Under the pieces are notes generated by a model that was not told where the DNA came from, did no database searches, and worked only from the letters and a program-made list of their open reading frames with translations. From Candidatus Omnitrophota bacterium (lineage in GTDB: Bacteria > Ratteibacteria > UBA8468 > MWAK01): DNA of 47,985 nucleotides. Below are positions 26,757 through 36,079 of the stretch, piece by piece. Within the stretch, counting starts at the first letter, position 1; each line of letters begins with the position of its first letter. A program made the position numbers and the translations under genes. The DNA is taken from positions 1 through 47,985 of the forward strand of contig JAPLMK010000093.1 in assembly GCA_026387085.1 (NCBI GenBank), given 5' to 3'.

Positions 26757-26800
26757 CAGGTGTTTCGCTTGTCAAGAACAAGGAAAGGGGGTGAATCACA

Positions 26801-27340
26801 ATGAAGAAAAGAGGTTTTACACTGATTGAATTGTTGGTTGTTATTGCCATTATTGCCATTTTGGCGGCCATGCTTTTGCCGGCGCTCTCTCGGGCGCGGG
26901 AAAGCTCCAGGCGTACCACTTGTCTTAATAATTTAAAACAGTTGGGGCTGGCTATAACGATGTATCTTCAGGATAATAACGAAGGTTTTTTAGGCCGCGA
27001 AATTGCGGTGGATCTCGACCCGTATGTTCCGGATGGGCGTAGTTTTGATTGTCCCAGCGAGAAGAAGAGCGGCACGGATGGTGGTTATGCTATAAACAGC
27101 AACGTGATCGGCCAGAAACTTTCCATAGTGGGCCATCCGTCAACTTTTCCGTTGATTTTTGACCGGAGCATGGTTTCTGGAGTATTTCAGGGTAATGATG
27201 GAGATTCTGGTTTTTATTACGACATTTGCTCTAACCGGCACAGCCAAGGTACCAACTTTCTTTTCCTGGATAGTCACGCAGCCTGGATTTCAAAACCAAA
27301 GGAAGCAGGCAAAAATATTCTGAATTTTGACGTCCAATAA
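26801..27340 (+). CDS. Prepilin-type N-terminal cleavage/methylation domain protein, DUF1559 / H-X9-DG-like
   Basis: [32 protein letters not shown].....C.NNLKQ.GLA N-terminus and a C-terminal [13 protein letters not shown] motif (H-X9-D). Confidence 0.85.
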   Translation: MKKRGFTLIELLVVIAIIAILAAMLLPALSRARESSRRTTCLNNLKQLGLAITMYLQDNNEGFLGREIAVDLDPYVPDGRSFDCPSEKKSGTDGGYAINSNVIGQKLSIVGHPSTFPLIFDRSMVSGVFQGNDGDSGFYYDICSNRHSQGTNFLFLDSHAAWISKPKEAGKNILNFDVQ

Positions 27341-27341
27341 A

Positions 27342-28925
27342 ATGGTCCTGCCCCGTCTGGTTGATTTTGATTCGCAGACTGTTTTGGAGGAGGATACAGA
27401 AGTATTGGTTGTCGGCAGCGGCGCGGCCGGTCTTTCTGCCAGTTTGAGCGCGGCCCGGGCCGGTCGGCGCGTTATGCTGGCGGCAAAAAGCGGTTTTTTG
27501 GATACGGCCTCCGACTTGGCTCAGGGCGGAATCGCCGTTGCCCTTTCCAAAAATGATTCTCCGGAAAACCATCTTCAGGATACGCTCCATTCCGGTTCCG
27601 GATTGGCGGACCCCGAAGCTGTTAAAGTGCTGGTCCGGGAAGGCCCGGAAAGAATCAGGGCCATGCTTTCTTCCGGCGCAATCTTCACCCGGGATGGTTC
27701 CGGACTTGCCTTTACCCGGGAAGGCGGACATTCCTTACCGCGTATTATTTATGCTTCCGGCGACCGCAGCGGCGCGGAAGTAATCCGAACTCTCTCGCCT
27801 CTTGTTCTCCAAAATCGCCGGATTGAAATCAGGGAAAAGTACTTTTTGGTTGACCTGATTACTTCGGGTAATTCCGTCATCGGCGGTCTTTTTTTTGAAG
27901 GAGAAAAAAAGATTCCCTTGTTTGTCCGGGCGGCCAGCGTGGTTCTGGCGACCGGCGGTCTCGGCCAATTGTTTCAGGAGACGACTAATCCCACCATCTC
28001 TACCGGCGACGGAATGGCGGCGGCCTATCGCAGCGGGGCAACTCTGCGGGATCTGGAGTTTGTGCAATTTCACCCGACCGTTTTTTACGTGGCCGGCGCC
28101 CCGCGCTTTTTGATTTCCGAAGCGGTGCGGGGCGAAGGCGCGATTCTGGTCAACGACCGGCAGGAACATTTTATGCGTTCCTACCATCCGGACGCGGAAC
28201 TTGCTTCCCGTGACGTGGTTTCCCGGGCGATTTTGGACCAGATGAAACGTCAGGCCGCCCGGAACGTTTATCTGGACTGCCGTTCCATCGGCGCCAACTT
28301 CAAGAAGCGGTTTCCCTCCATTTATGCCATGGTTCAGCGTTTTCGGATAGATCCGGCCCGCGACCTTATTCCGGTCCGTCCGGCCGCCCATTACATGATG
28401 GGCGGAGTCAAAACCGACATTAACGGCGCCGCGAATTTAGAAAATCTTTTTGCCTGCGGAGAGGTGGCCTGCACCGGTGTTCACGGCGCCAACCGTTTGG
28501 GTAGTAATTCGCTCCTGGAGTGCCTGGTTTTTGGCGAACGTACAGGGGTTGCGGCCGCTGCTGCCGGGAAGCATATTTTCCGGGGCCGTATTCAGTTTAC
28601 CCGACGCTGGAAAGATTTCCATTTGGACGTGTCCGACCTGAAGCGGTCACTGAATGCGTTAGCCTGGCGTCATTGCGGCATCGAGCGGGACGGTAACGAT
28701 TTGGAATTTACGCTGGAGAAATTAAAAGAATGGCAAAGTTATGCTCTTTCTGCCCGTTTCTTTGATCCCTCGGGCTGGGAGATGCAGAACCTTCTTTTGC
28801 TTGCCGGTTTGATCGCGCAGAGCGCCCTGGAGCGGACTGAAAGCCGGGGCGCGCATTTCCGCAACGATTTTCCGGAGAAAGACGATAAAAAGTGGCTCCG
28901 GCATATTGACCGAAAGATTGGTTGA
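27342..28925 (+). CDS. nadB: L-aspartate oxidase
   Basis: VLVVGSGAAGLSA FAD motif, then HYMMGGV.TD, GANRL.SNSLLE and SRGAHFR.DFP. ATG 27342 immediately after the upstream stop is preferred over the TTG at 27327. Confidence 0.9.
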   Translation: MVLPRLVDFDSQTVLEEDTEVLVVGSGAAGLSASLSAARAGRRVMLAAKSGFLDTASDLAQGGIAVALSKNDSPENHLQDTLHSGSGLADPEAVKVLVREGPERIRAMLSSGAIFTRDGSGLAFTREGGHSLPRIIYASGDRSGAEVIRTLSPLVLQNRRIEIREKYFLVDLITSGNSVIGGLFFEGEKKIPLFVRAASVVLATGGLGQLFQETTNPTISTGDGMAAAYRSGATLRDLEFVQFHPTVFYVAGAPRFLISEAVRGEGAILVNDRQEHFMRSYHPDAELASRDVVSRAILDQMKRQAARNVYLDCRSIGANFKKRFPSIYAMVQRFRIDPARDLIPVRPAAHYMMGGVKTDINGAANLENLFACGEVACTGVHGANRLGSNSLLECLVFGERTGVAAAAAGKHIFRGRIQFTRRWKDFHLDVSDLKRSLNALAWRHCGIERDGNDLEFTLEKLKEWQSYALSARFFDPSGWEMQNLLLLAGLIAQSALERTESRGAHFRNDFPEKDDKKWLRHIDRKIG

Positions 28926-28956
28926 AGAGAAGCGTACTGGCAGGACCAGGTATTTA

Positions 28957-29055
28957 TTGCAGATTTCAAAATGCAAAGTGCAAAATGTAAAATTATTGAT
29001 TTTCTATCTATTCATTCTGAAATTTACAATCTGCAATCTGCATTTTGCAATTAAA
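28957..29055. repeat. AT-rich TGCAAAATG / CATTTTGCAATT palindromic repeat, copy upstream of trpE
   Basis: ttgcagatttcaaaatgcaaagtgcaaaatgtaaaatt ... gaaatttacaatctgcaatctgcattttgcaatt. Shares gaaatttacaat and cattttgcaatt words with 31290-31383. Confidence 0.7.
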
Positions 29056-29101
29056 TAGCATTTATCCTGTAGTTGGCGGATACCTGCGTCCGATTTGTTT
29101 T

Positions 29102-30601
29102 ATGGAAACATACCCATCTTTTACGGAGTTTGACCGGCTGGCGCAGGAAGCTAATTTTATTCCGATTTCCTGCGAAATTTTAGCCGACATGGAGACGCCG
29201 GTTTCCGCCTACCTTAAGGTGGTTGGAACTAAACCCGGTTTTCTGCTGGAAAGCGCTGAGGGCGGAGAACGTTTCGGCCGTTATTCATTTCTGGGGACCG
29301 ACCCAAGCGCGATTATCCGGACTAAAGGGAATCGGATTGAAATTGAATCCGGAGGCGTAAAAAAAGTAAAAGAAGAAAGCCCGTTTCCTTTTTTGCGAAA
29401 GTATCTTTCCGGATTTAAGGTGGCGGCCGACCCGACGCTTCCTCGTTTTTCCGGCGGACTGGTCGGTTATTTTTCCTATGATGTTGTCCGGTTTTTTGAG
29501 AAATTACCGGACATTAAGGAAGATGACCAAAAATTGCCGGATATGCAGTTATTTCTGGCCGATACTATTCTGGCTTTTGACCATTTCCGCCATCGGCTCA
29601 AAATTATAACTCACGCCCGTCCTGAAGAAGGTTCCGAGAGAGCGTATGAGGCCGCTAAAAGGCGGATAGCGGAGATAATTGAGCGTTTACGCAGCGCGAC
29701 CCTTTCCGAGCCGCCAAGACGCAGCGCGACCCGTTCCGGGCCGCCCGCAGGCGCGGTTCAGTTTCAGAGTAACTTTAGTCGTCCGGAATTTGAAGGCGCG
29801 GTTCTCAAGGCAAAAGAATATATCCGGAAAGGGGACGTGATCCAGGTTGTTCTCTCCCAGCGTCTGTGCATTGATTATCCGGAGTCCGGGCCTGACCCCT
29901 TCGACCTTTATCGCGCCATCCGCGCTATTAATCCTTCTCCGTATCTTTACTATTTTAATTTTGACAAGACCATCCTGGTTGGTTCGTCTCCGGAGGTGAT
30001 GGTGCGCCTGGAAGAAGGTAAGGCCACTTTGCGGCCGATTGCCGGAACCAGGCCGCGGGGCCGGAATGAATCGGAAGACCGGGAATTGGAAGATGATTTA
30101 AAAAAAGACGAGAAGGAGAAGGCGGAACACATTATGCTGGTTGATTTGGGCCGCAATGATTTAGGCCGGGTTTGCCGGCCCGGAACGATTAATGTAACCG
30201 AATTGATGGCGGTGGAAAAGTATTCCCACGTAATGCACCTGGTGAGCAATATCACCGGAGATTTATTGCCGAATAAGGATGATTTTGATCTCTTTTCCGC
30301 CGCATTTCCGGCCGGTACCGTTTCCGGCGCTCCTAAAATCCGGGCGATGGAAATAATTGAAGAATTGGAACCAATTAAGCGCGGCCCTTATGCCGGAGCG
30401 GTCGGTTATTTTGATTTTTCCGGAAACCTTGATACCTGCATTACCATCCGGACGGTCTGGATTGAAGACGGCAAGGCCTATCTTCAGGTGGGCGCGGGTA
30501 TTGTGGCTGATTCGGTTCCGTCTAAAGAATACGACGAAACGCTGAATAAAGGCCAGGCGTTTTTGGAGGCGCTCCGCCTGGCATCATCGGGGCTGTTGTA
30601 A
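29102..30601 (+). CDS. trpE: Anthranilate synthase component I
   Basis: LLESAEGGERFGRYSFLG feedback-site motif, then PSPY.YYF, IAGT.PRG, E..KE.AEH.ML.DL.RND and GG.VGY. ATG 29102 preferred over the TTG at 29045. Confidence 0.88.
   Translation: METYPSFTEFDRLAQEANFIPISCEILADMETPVSAYLKVVGTKPGFLLESAEGGERFGRYSFLGTDPSAIIRTKGNRIEIESGGVKKVKEESPFPFLRKYLSGFKVAADPTLPRFSGGLVGYFSYDVVRFFEKLPDIKEDDQKLPDMQLFLADTILAFDHFRHRLKIITHARPEEGSERAYEAAKRRIAEIIERLRSATLSEPPRRSATRSGPPAGAVQFQSNFSRPEFEGAVLKAKEYIRKGDVIQVVLSQRLCIDYPESGPDPFDLYRAIRAINPSPYLYYFNFDKTILVGSSPEVMVRLEEGKATLRPIAGTRPRGRNESEDRELEDDLKKDEKEKAEHIMLVDLGRNDLGRVCRPGTINVTELMAVEKYSHVMHLVSNITGDLLPNKDDFDLFSAAFPAGTVSGAPKIRAMEIIEELEPIKRGPYAGAVGYFDFSGNLDTCITIRTVWIEDGKAYLQVGAGIVADSVPSKEYDETLNKGQAFLEALRLASSGLL
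29690..29746 (+). repeat. Two 30-nt-period tandem copies of a REP-like word inside trpE coding sequence
   Basis: cgcagcgcgaccctttccgagccgcc (from 29690) and cgcagcgcgacccgttccgggccgcc (from 29720). They resemble the intergenic gcgcgaccctttccgggtcg at 18908-18931 and encode RSATLSEPPR/RSATRSGPPA. Confidence 0.7.
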
Positions 30602-30634
30602 ATCAAACTGTTATCTTGATTTAAAAATTAATGT

Positions 30635-30705
30635 GTCATCCTGAGCTGTAGTTGCGAAGGATCTCTTTTTTAAAACGGGATTCTTCAGCTTCGCCTCAGA
30701 ATGAC
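30635..30705. repeat. GTCAT(C/T)CTGAGC...GCGAAG(G/A)ATC family inverted pair (long hairpin) between trpE and trpG
   Basis: gtcatcctgagctgtagttgcgaaggatc (30635-30663) faces gattcttcagcttcgcctcagaatgac (30679-30705). Confidence 0.8.
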
Positions 30706-30713
30706 AAATATTT

Positions 30714-31277
30714 ATGGTTTTATTAATCGATAACTACGATTCCTTTACCTACAATATTTTTCAGGAGCTTTCGGAACTGGGCGCCGAGGTCCGGGTTGTT
30801 CGTAATGACCGGATTACGATTAGCGGTGTTCTGCTGATGGCGCCGGAGCGGATAGTAGTTTCGCCGGGCCCGGGCCGGCCGGAAAATGCCGGTATTTCGG
30901 TCACCCTGATTAAGGAATTAGCGGGAAAAATTCCGATTCTGGGTGTTTGTCTTGGTCATCAGGCGCTGGGATACGCATACGGCGGTAAGATTGTCGGAGC
31001 CAAGCGGTTGATGCACGGCAAAACTTCATTAATTTTTCACGACGGTTCCGGAATTTTTACCGGAATCCCTAATCCTTTTGAAGCGACCCGCTACCACTCT
31101 TTACTGGTGGAAAAGGAAACGCTTCCGGATTCGTTTAAGGTTATCGCCTGGACTGAAGAGAATGAGATTATGGGATTGCAGGTAAAGGGTTTACCGCTCT
31201 TTGGTGTTCAGTTTCATCCGGAGTCAATTCTGACCAAAGAGGGCATCAATATTTTGCGGAACTTCCTGAAAATATAA
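30714..31277 (+). CDS. trpG: Anthranilate synthase component II (glutamine amidotransferase, TrpG/PabA type)
   Basis: LLIDNYDSFTYN, PILGVCLGHQ (catalytic Cys) and GVQFHPES motifs. Confidence 0.9.
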   Translation: MVLLIDNYDSFTYNIFQELSELGAEVRVVRNDRITISGVLLMAPERIVVSPGPGRPENAGISVTLIKELAGKIPILGVCLGHQALGYAYGGKIVGAKRLMHGKTSLIFHDGSGIFTGIPNPFEATRYHSLLVEKETLPDSFKVIAWTEENEIMGLQVKGLPLFGVQFHPESILTKEGINILRNFLKI

Positions 31278-31289
31278 AGTGATTAGTAA

Positions 31290-31383
31290 CAATTCAAAAT
31301 GTAAAATGTAAATTGCAGAAGTTAAATTTTTTCAAAGTTTTTCCGTTTTACACTTTTCATTTTGCAATTTGAAATTTACAATA
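31290..31383. repeat. AT-rich TGCAAAATG / CATTTTGCAATT palindromic repeat, copy between convergent trpG and dnaJ
   Basis: caattcaaaatgtaaaatgtaaattgcag ... ttttacacttttcattttgcaatttgaaatttacaat. Same word set as 28957-29055. Plausible bidirectional terminator. Confidence 0.7.
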
Positions 31384-31388
31384 AAGAG

Positions 31389-32501
31389 TTATTGTTTTTT
31401 GCTCTTCGGGTAAGAACGTCGGGTAGCGCGTTTTTCCAAATCTTCCAACAGGCGGCGTTCTTCCGTTCCAAGATTTACCGGAGTTTCAATCGTTATTCTT
31501 ACCAACTGGTCCCCCCGACCATAACCGGAAATATTCGGCATCCCTTTCCCGCGCAGGCGCAAAACAGTGTTGGTTTGTGTTCCGGAAGGTATTTTCATCC
31601 GGACATCCCCTTTAAGGGTTGGCACTTCCTTTTCGGTTCCGAGCGCTGCCTCGGTAAAGGTGACAAATTGTTCGTAATGAAGGTTGTTTCCCTCCCGCCG
31701 GAACAATGGGTCTTCATCGACGAAGATATTGAGGTAAAGGTTGCCGGCCGGACCTCCCTGAATACCGACGTTACCCTTGCCGTGAACGCGCAGTTTGGAC
31801 CCGTTTTCAATGCCGGCCGGAATCGTTACCTGGAGGTGTTCTTTTTCGCGCACCCGTTTCTTCCCGCTGCAGTTGCGGCAGGGTTTTTCAATAACTTCTC
31901 CTTCGCCGCCGCATCTCGGACAGGCCTGGCTGATAGAAAAGAAACCCTGGTTATGCCTGATCTGTCCGTCACCGTCGCACTGGGGGCAGGGTCGTTTGCC
32001 GGTACCGGCTGACGCGCCGGTTCCGTTGCAGGGCTGGCAAGTGGTCAGCCGTGTCAGTGACACCTCTTTTTTGACCCCTTCTGCTGCTTCTTTCAGCGGG
32101 ATGCGGACTGAGGCCTCGATGTCTTCTCCGCGGAAAACCTGCCCGCGCTGTCTGGAACCGCTTCCGGATGTTCCGCGGAAAAAACTGAAGAGGTCGTCAA
32201 TGGAGCCCCGGCCGAAAATGTCGCCAAAGTCCTGCTGGACCCGGCTCCAATCGTCGGTTGGGTTGAAGCCGCTGTTTTCAATTCCCGGGAAACCGAACTG
32301 GTCGTAAGTAGCGCGTTTCTGGGAATCGCTTAAGACCTCGTAAGATTCAGTTGCCTCCCGGAACTTTCCCTCGGCTTCCTTATTGCCGGGATTGCGGTCG
32401 GGGTGAAACTGGAGCGCCAGTTTCCGGTAGGCTTCCTTAATGTTGTCGTTGCTGGCGTCTTTCTTAACGCCTAAAACTTCATAATAATCTTTCTTCGCCA
32501 T
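31389..32501 (-). CDS. dnaJ: Molecular chaperone DnaJ
   Basis: J domain DYYEVLGV...........AYRKLA..FHPDRN, a G/F region and four CxxCxGxG zinc-finger repeats. Confidence 0.94.
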   Translation of the reverse strand: MAKKDYYEVLGVKKDASNDNIKEAYRKLALQFHPDRNPGNKEAEGKFREATESYEVLSDSQKRATYDQFGFPGIENSGFNPTDDWSRVQQDFGDIFGRGSIDDLFSFFRGTSGSGSRQRGQVFRGEDIEASVRIPLKEAAEGVKKEVSLTRLTTCQPCNGTGASAGTGKRPCPQCDGDGQIRHNQGFFSISQACPRCGGEGEVIEKPCRNCSGKKRVREKEHLQVTIPAGIENGSKLRVHGKGNVGIQGGPAGNLYLNIFVDEDPLFRREGNNLHYEQFVTFTEAALGTEKEVPTLKGDVRMKIPSGTQTNTVLRLRGKGMPNISGYGRGDQLVRITIETPVNLGTEERRLLEDLEKRATRRSYPKSKKQ

Positions 32502-32546
32502 CAGTTATTATTATCCTTTAAAATTCTAAAATTGTCCTTGCCGGGC

Positions 32547-33425
32547 TTATCGGGCGTTGCTTTTAATTTCCGCTATCATTCGTTCCAGCCGCCGGCCGTA
32601 TTCTACATAATTGTGGTAGCGTGTGTCTGCTTCCGACTTGACGCTGTTATCATGGAAAACTACCGCCATGTGCGGTTCGATCGAAAAACCGCCGTCGTAG
32701 CCGGTTTTTAAAAGGTCGGTTAAAATTTCTTTTACGTATCCATTTCCTTCACCGAGGAAAGTATACATTTCCTTGTCTCCATCCATGTAGCCGTCTTTGA
32801 TGTGAACGTAAGTAATGTGTTCCCGAACGGCCCGGTAAAATTCGAGGGAGTTCTGTTTTCGGTACGGTTTTACACCGCGGACGTCATTGTGGAAAACCGC
32901 GTTTCCGGTATCGAAAACCAGTTTCAGGGCAGGGGAGTTGACCCCATCCAGAAGCCGCAGGGTGTGTTCGTAGGAGAGAGCCCCCCAGCCCGAGCAGTTT
33001 TCGTGGACGCAGATGATGCCGTTGTCTTCGGCCATCTTGGTGATTACCTTGATTCTTTTAATCGCTTCCGCGGACCAGTCCCGGTCCAGCACTTCCGGCG
33101 GGATGGCGAAACTCATAATCCGGATCATTTTTGTGTTCAGCCGCTTCATCCTGGGAATGGCTCGTTTCATCTCCGCGTAACTGGTGTCCGGTGGTTCGGT
33201 CATCTTCTGGGACCAGTTGGCTACGCCGCTGCCGAAACAGTTGACGCTGATGCCGGCGGCTTGGAGTTTATCGCAAACTTCCGAAAACTTCTCTTCGGTG
33301 ACGGAAGTGAGGTTTACGCCGTCAACCGCGCGGGACTCGATGAATTTCCAGCCCAGTTCCTTGGTTACTTTAATCTGGCCGTCAATAGTTTCGGCCGCTT
33401 CATCGGCAAATCCGGTAAAATACAT
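32547..33425 (-). CDS. Sugar phosphate isomerase/epimerase (xylose isomerase-like TIM barrel)
   Basis: 292 aa with the pattern typical of the AP_endonuc_2 / xylose isomerase-like TIM barrel family (..HENC...., FDTGN, H.KD...., G.G......L...GY.G..S.E). Substrate unknown. Confidence 0.6.
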   Translation of the reverse strand: MYFTGFADEAAETIDGQIKVTKELGWKFIESRAVDGVNLTSVTEEKFSEVCDKLQAAGISVNCFGSGVANWSQKMTEPPDTSYAEMKRAIPRMKRLNTKMIRIMSFAIPPEVLDRDWSAEAIKRIKVITKMAEDNGIICVHENCSGWGALSYEHTLRLLDGVNSPALKLVFDTGNAVFHNDVRGVKPYRKQNSLEFYRAVREHITYVHIKDGYMDGDKEMYTFLGEGNGYVKEILTDLLKTGYDGGFSIEPHMAVVFHDNSVKSEADTRYHNYVEYGRRLERMIAEIKSNAR

Positions 33426-33515
33426 TTAGTCCTCCCTTTGCCTGCCTTGCGAAGGCGGGCTTTGATTAATTAGGTTGTTAATATTATAACATTTTCGGAT
33501 TTTTCTTACTATTTT

Positions 33516-33544
33516 TTGACATCCTGCCTCATTTTTGGTAATAT
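33516..33544 (+). promoter_or_regulatory. Near-consensus sigma70-type promoter upstream of clpC
   Basis: TTGACA (33516-33521), 17-nt spacer, TAATAT (33539-33544). GAGG sits about 7 nt before the ATG at 33568. Confidence 0.55.
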
Positions 33545-33567
33545 TATTCTGTATTTTGAGGAAAACT

Positions 33568-36018
33568 ATGGCTGGATTTGACCGTTTTACCAATCAGGTA
33601 CGCCGGATGCTGGATTTAGCGCGGGACGAAGCGATACAGTTCGGCCAGGACGCTATTGGCAGCGAACACCTACTGCTGGCTCTTCTGCGTGAAGGCCAGG
33701 GGATAGCCGCGGCTGCTTTAATCAATCTCGGTTATGAACTGGGCTACATTCTGCTTGAAGTGGAGAAGTGTATTCCTGCTGTTCCAACGGTTCGGTTCCA
33801 GGGGTCGCTGCCGCTTAATTACAATGCCAAGCGGGCCCTGGAATTAGGCGTGGAGGAAGCGCGCCAATCTGCCTCTACTTATATCGGCACCGAGCACATT
33901 CTCTTGGGAATTTTGCGGGAAGGGGAAAGTTCGGCGAGCCAATTGCTTCTGCGTCTCGGCCTTTCCGTGGAACGTGCTCGGCGGGCAATCTCCGAATTGT
34001 CGTCCTATTCGGAGCAAAAGGAAGCCGGAGCCAGGAAGAAGAGTTCCGCTCTGAAATCTTTTGGCCGGGATCTGACTAAACTTGCCCGGGAACGTAAGCT
34101 GGACCCGGTAATCGGTCGCCAGCCCGAGATTGAACGTTTGTTCCAGATTCTTTGCCGGCGCCGGAAGAATAATCCGGTGCTCATCGGTGAAGCCGGTGTC
34201 GGAAAAACGGCCATCGTCGAAGGTTTTGTCCAGGCGCTGGCGTCCGGCTCGGTACCGGAAATTCTGGAAAACCGACCGGTGGTAATGCTGGATTTGACGG
34301 CGCTGGTAGCCGGCACCAAATACCGGGGTGAGTTTGAACAGCGCCTGAAAGCGGTGCTGGAAGAAGTTGCGGAAAGCAAATCAATTGTTTTCATTGATGA
34401 ATTACACGCCCTGATCGGCGCCGGAGGAGCGGAGGGCGCGATGGATGCGTCCCATGTCCTGAAACCCGCTTTGGTTTCTGGTGAGTTTCAGTGCATCGGC
34501 GCCACTACCCTGGTCGAATACCGTAAACATATTGAAAAAGACGCGGCCCTGGAGCGGAGGTTCCAACCTGTTTTTGTCGCCCCGCCCAGCCCGTTGGAGA
34601 CGATTGAGATTCTGAAAGGATTGCGGCCCAAATACCAGGAGCATCACGGAGTGGAAATTAGCGATGAGGCTATCTGGTCCGCGGTCCGCCTTTCCGATCG
34701 CTATATCACCGGAAGATTTTTGCCGGATAAGGCGATTGATGTTTTGGATGAGGCCTGTGCCTGCGTGCGCCTGCGCAACGGAAAACTTCCCGTCAAATTA
34801 AAGATTTTAGAAACGGAGTTGCAGGATATTTCGGAGAGTCGGGAAAAAGCGATACATGACCTGGATTATGAAAACGCTATCCGCTTGCGGGACAAGGAGC
34901 GGATAGCCCAGCTTCATTTCCGGGAACTGAAAGATAAGTGGCGCCAAGGTATTCCTGCAACCCGGGGCATGGTAACCGGACAGGAGATTGCGGAGATGGT
35001 TAGTCTCTGGACCGGTATCGCTGTCCAGCAATTTTCCGAAGATGAGGGACAGCATCTGTTGCGGATGGAAGCGGAACTCGGCCGTTGCGTAATCGGTCAG
35101 AAAGAGGCGGTTGAGACCGTTTCCCGGGCTATCCGGCGCAGCCGCGCCGGCATAAAGGACCGGAATCGGCCGATCGGCTCATTCCTTTTTTTGGGGCCGA
35201 CCGGAGTTGGGAAGACCTATCTGGCGAAGGTTCTGGTTAAATTTCTTTTCGGGGACCGGGATGCGCTGGTTCAGATTGACATGAGCGAATATATGGAGCG
35301 GTTTTCCATCTCCCGTTTAATCGGCGCGCCGCCCGGTTACGTCGGCTACGAAGAAGGGGGGCAGCTAACGGAAAGAATCAGGCGCCAGCCTTATTCGGTG
35401 ATTCTGCTGGATGAGTTTGAAAAGGCCCATCCGGATGTGCATAATCTGTTACTGCAGGTCTTGGAAGAAGGGCATCTGACGGATAGTTTCGGCCGTCGCG
35501 TGGATTTCCGCAATACGGTTATAATTTTAACTTCTAACTTGGGAACCCGGGGGCTGAAAACCGGCGCCGGCCTCGGCTTTGTGTCACCGGAGGAAGGGTC
35601 GATGGAATACCAGGAAATGCAGACGCTCTTGAAGACGGAAGCGGAAAAGGTTTTTCGTCCCGAATTTTTAAACCGGATCGATGAAATCGTGGTTTTTAGA
35701 ACCCTTTCCGTCCCGGACGCTTTTGCTATCGTGCGCCTTGAAGTCAATAAAGTTTTGGAGCGGCTTAAAGAAGAAAATCTGCTGGTTGTCCTGGATGAAA
35801 AGGCATACCGTTTCTTGGAAAAAGAGGGTTTTAACGCTCAACTGGGCGCCCGGCCGCTAAAAAGGGTTATCACCAAATATATTGAGGACCGTCTTTCCGA
35901 AGAGTTACTATCGGGAAATCTCCGTTCCGGAGATTCCGTGTTTATTTCCACCGAATCCGGTAATAAGCGGCTTACTATCCAGGTTAGACATATTCCCCAG
36001 AAGACCGCAGTTTTGTAA
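33568..36018 (+). CDS. clpC: ATP-dependent Clp protease ATP-binding subunit ClpC (Hsp100 class I AAA+)
   Basis: Duplicated Clp_N repeats, Walker A GEAGVGKT and GPTGVGKT, a UVR-like motif (DYENAIRLRDKE) and the ClpB_D2-small end. ATG 33568 is preferred because the ORF-track TTG at 33535 overlaps the promoter. Confidence 0.92.
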   Translation: MAGFDRFTNQVRRMLDLARDEAIQFGQDAIGSEHLLLALLREGQGIAAAALINLGYELGYILLEVEKCIPAVPTVRFQGSLPLNYNAKRALELGVEEARQSASTYIGTEHILLGILREGESSASQLLLRLGLSVERARRAISELSSYSEQKEAGARKKSSALKSFGRDLTKLARERKLDPVIGRQPEIERLFQILCRRRKNNPVLIGEAGVGKTAIVEGFVQALASGSVPEILENRPVVMLDLTALVAGTKYRGEFEQRLKAVLEEVAESKSIVFIDELHALIGAGGAEGAMDASHVLKPALVSGEFQCIGATTLVEYRKHIEKDAALERRFQPVFVAPPSPLETIEILKGLRPKYQEHHGVEISDEAIWSAVRLSDRYITGRFLPDKAIDVLDEACACVRLRNGKLPVKLKILETELQDISESREKAIHDLDYENAIRLRDKERIAQLHFRELKDKWRQGIPATRGMVTGQEIAEMVSLWTGIAVQQFSEDEGQHLLRMEAELGRCVIGQKEAVETVSRAIRRSRAGIKDRNRPIGSFLFLGPTGVGKTYLAKVLVKFLFGDRDALVQIDMSEYMERFSISRLIGAPPGYVGYEEGGQLTERIRRQPYSVILLDEFEKAHPDVHNLLLQVLEEGHLTDSFGRRVDFRNTVIILTSNLGTRGLKTGAGLGFVSPEEGSMEYQEMQTLLKTEAEKVFRPEFLNRIDEIVVFRTLSVPDAFAIVRLEVNKVLERLKEENLLVVLDEKAYRFLEKEGFNAQLGARPLKRVITKYIEDRLSEELLSGNLRSGDSVFISTESGNKRLTIQVRHIPQKTAVL

Positions 36019-36079
36019 TCGCCATTCTTGGTTGGCTTTTTGTGGTGTAGGGTTGCCGCGCAAACGGAGAAAGGGCAGA

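Noticed and set aside
27735-28391. 218-aa minus-strand ORF and several shorter ORFs within nadB
   Set aside because: These are shadow frames of a gene with clear FAD and aspartate-oxidase motifs. No recognisable domain.
28926-29101. Trp attenuator, leader peptide or T-box upstream of trpE
   Set aside because: There is no short ORF with tandem Trp codons and no T-box specifier or antiterminator pattern. The region is explained by the family G AT-rich palindrome.
31362-32012. 216-aa and 170-aa plus-strand ORFs opposite dnaJ
   Set aside because: They are antisense to an unmistakable DnaJ (J domain plus four CxxCxGxG repeats), and their composition looks like mirrored coding sequence.
32802-33473. 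223-aa plus-strand ORF opposite the sugar-phosphate isomerase gene
   Set aside because: The minus-strand protein has a coherent TIM-barrel-like motif pattern. The plus-strand frame is low-complexity and runs into the clpC promoter region.
35882-36079. Long N-terminal extension of the SGNH hydrolase overlapping the clpC 3' end
   Set aside because: The first 66 codons overlap the conserved ClpC C-terminus in another frame. ATG 36080 directly precedes the GDS block at the normal distance.
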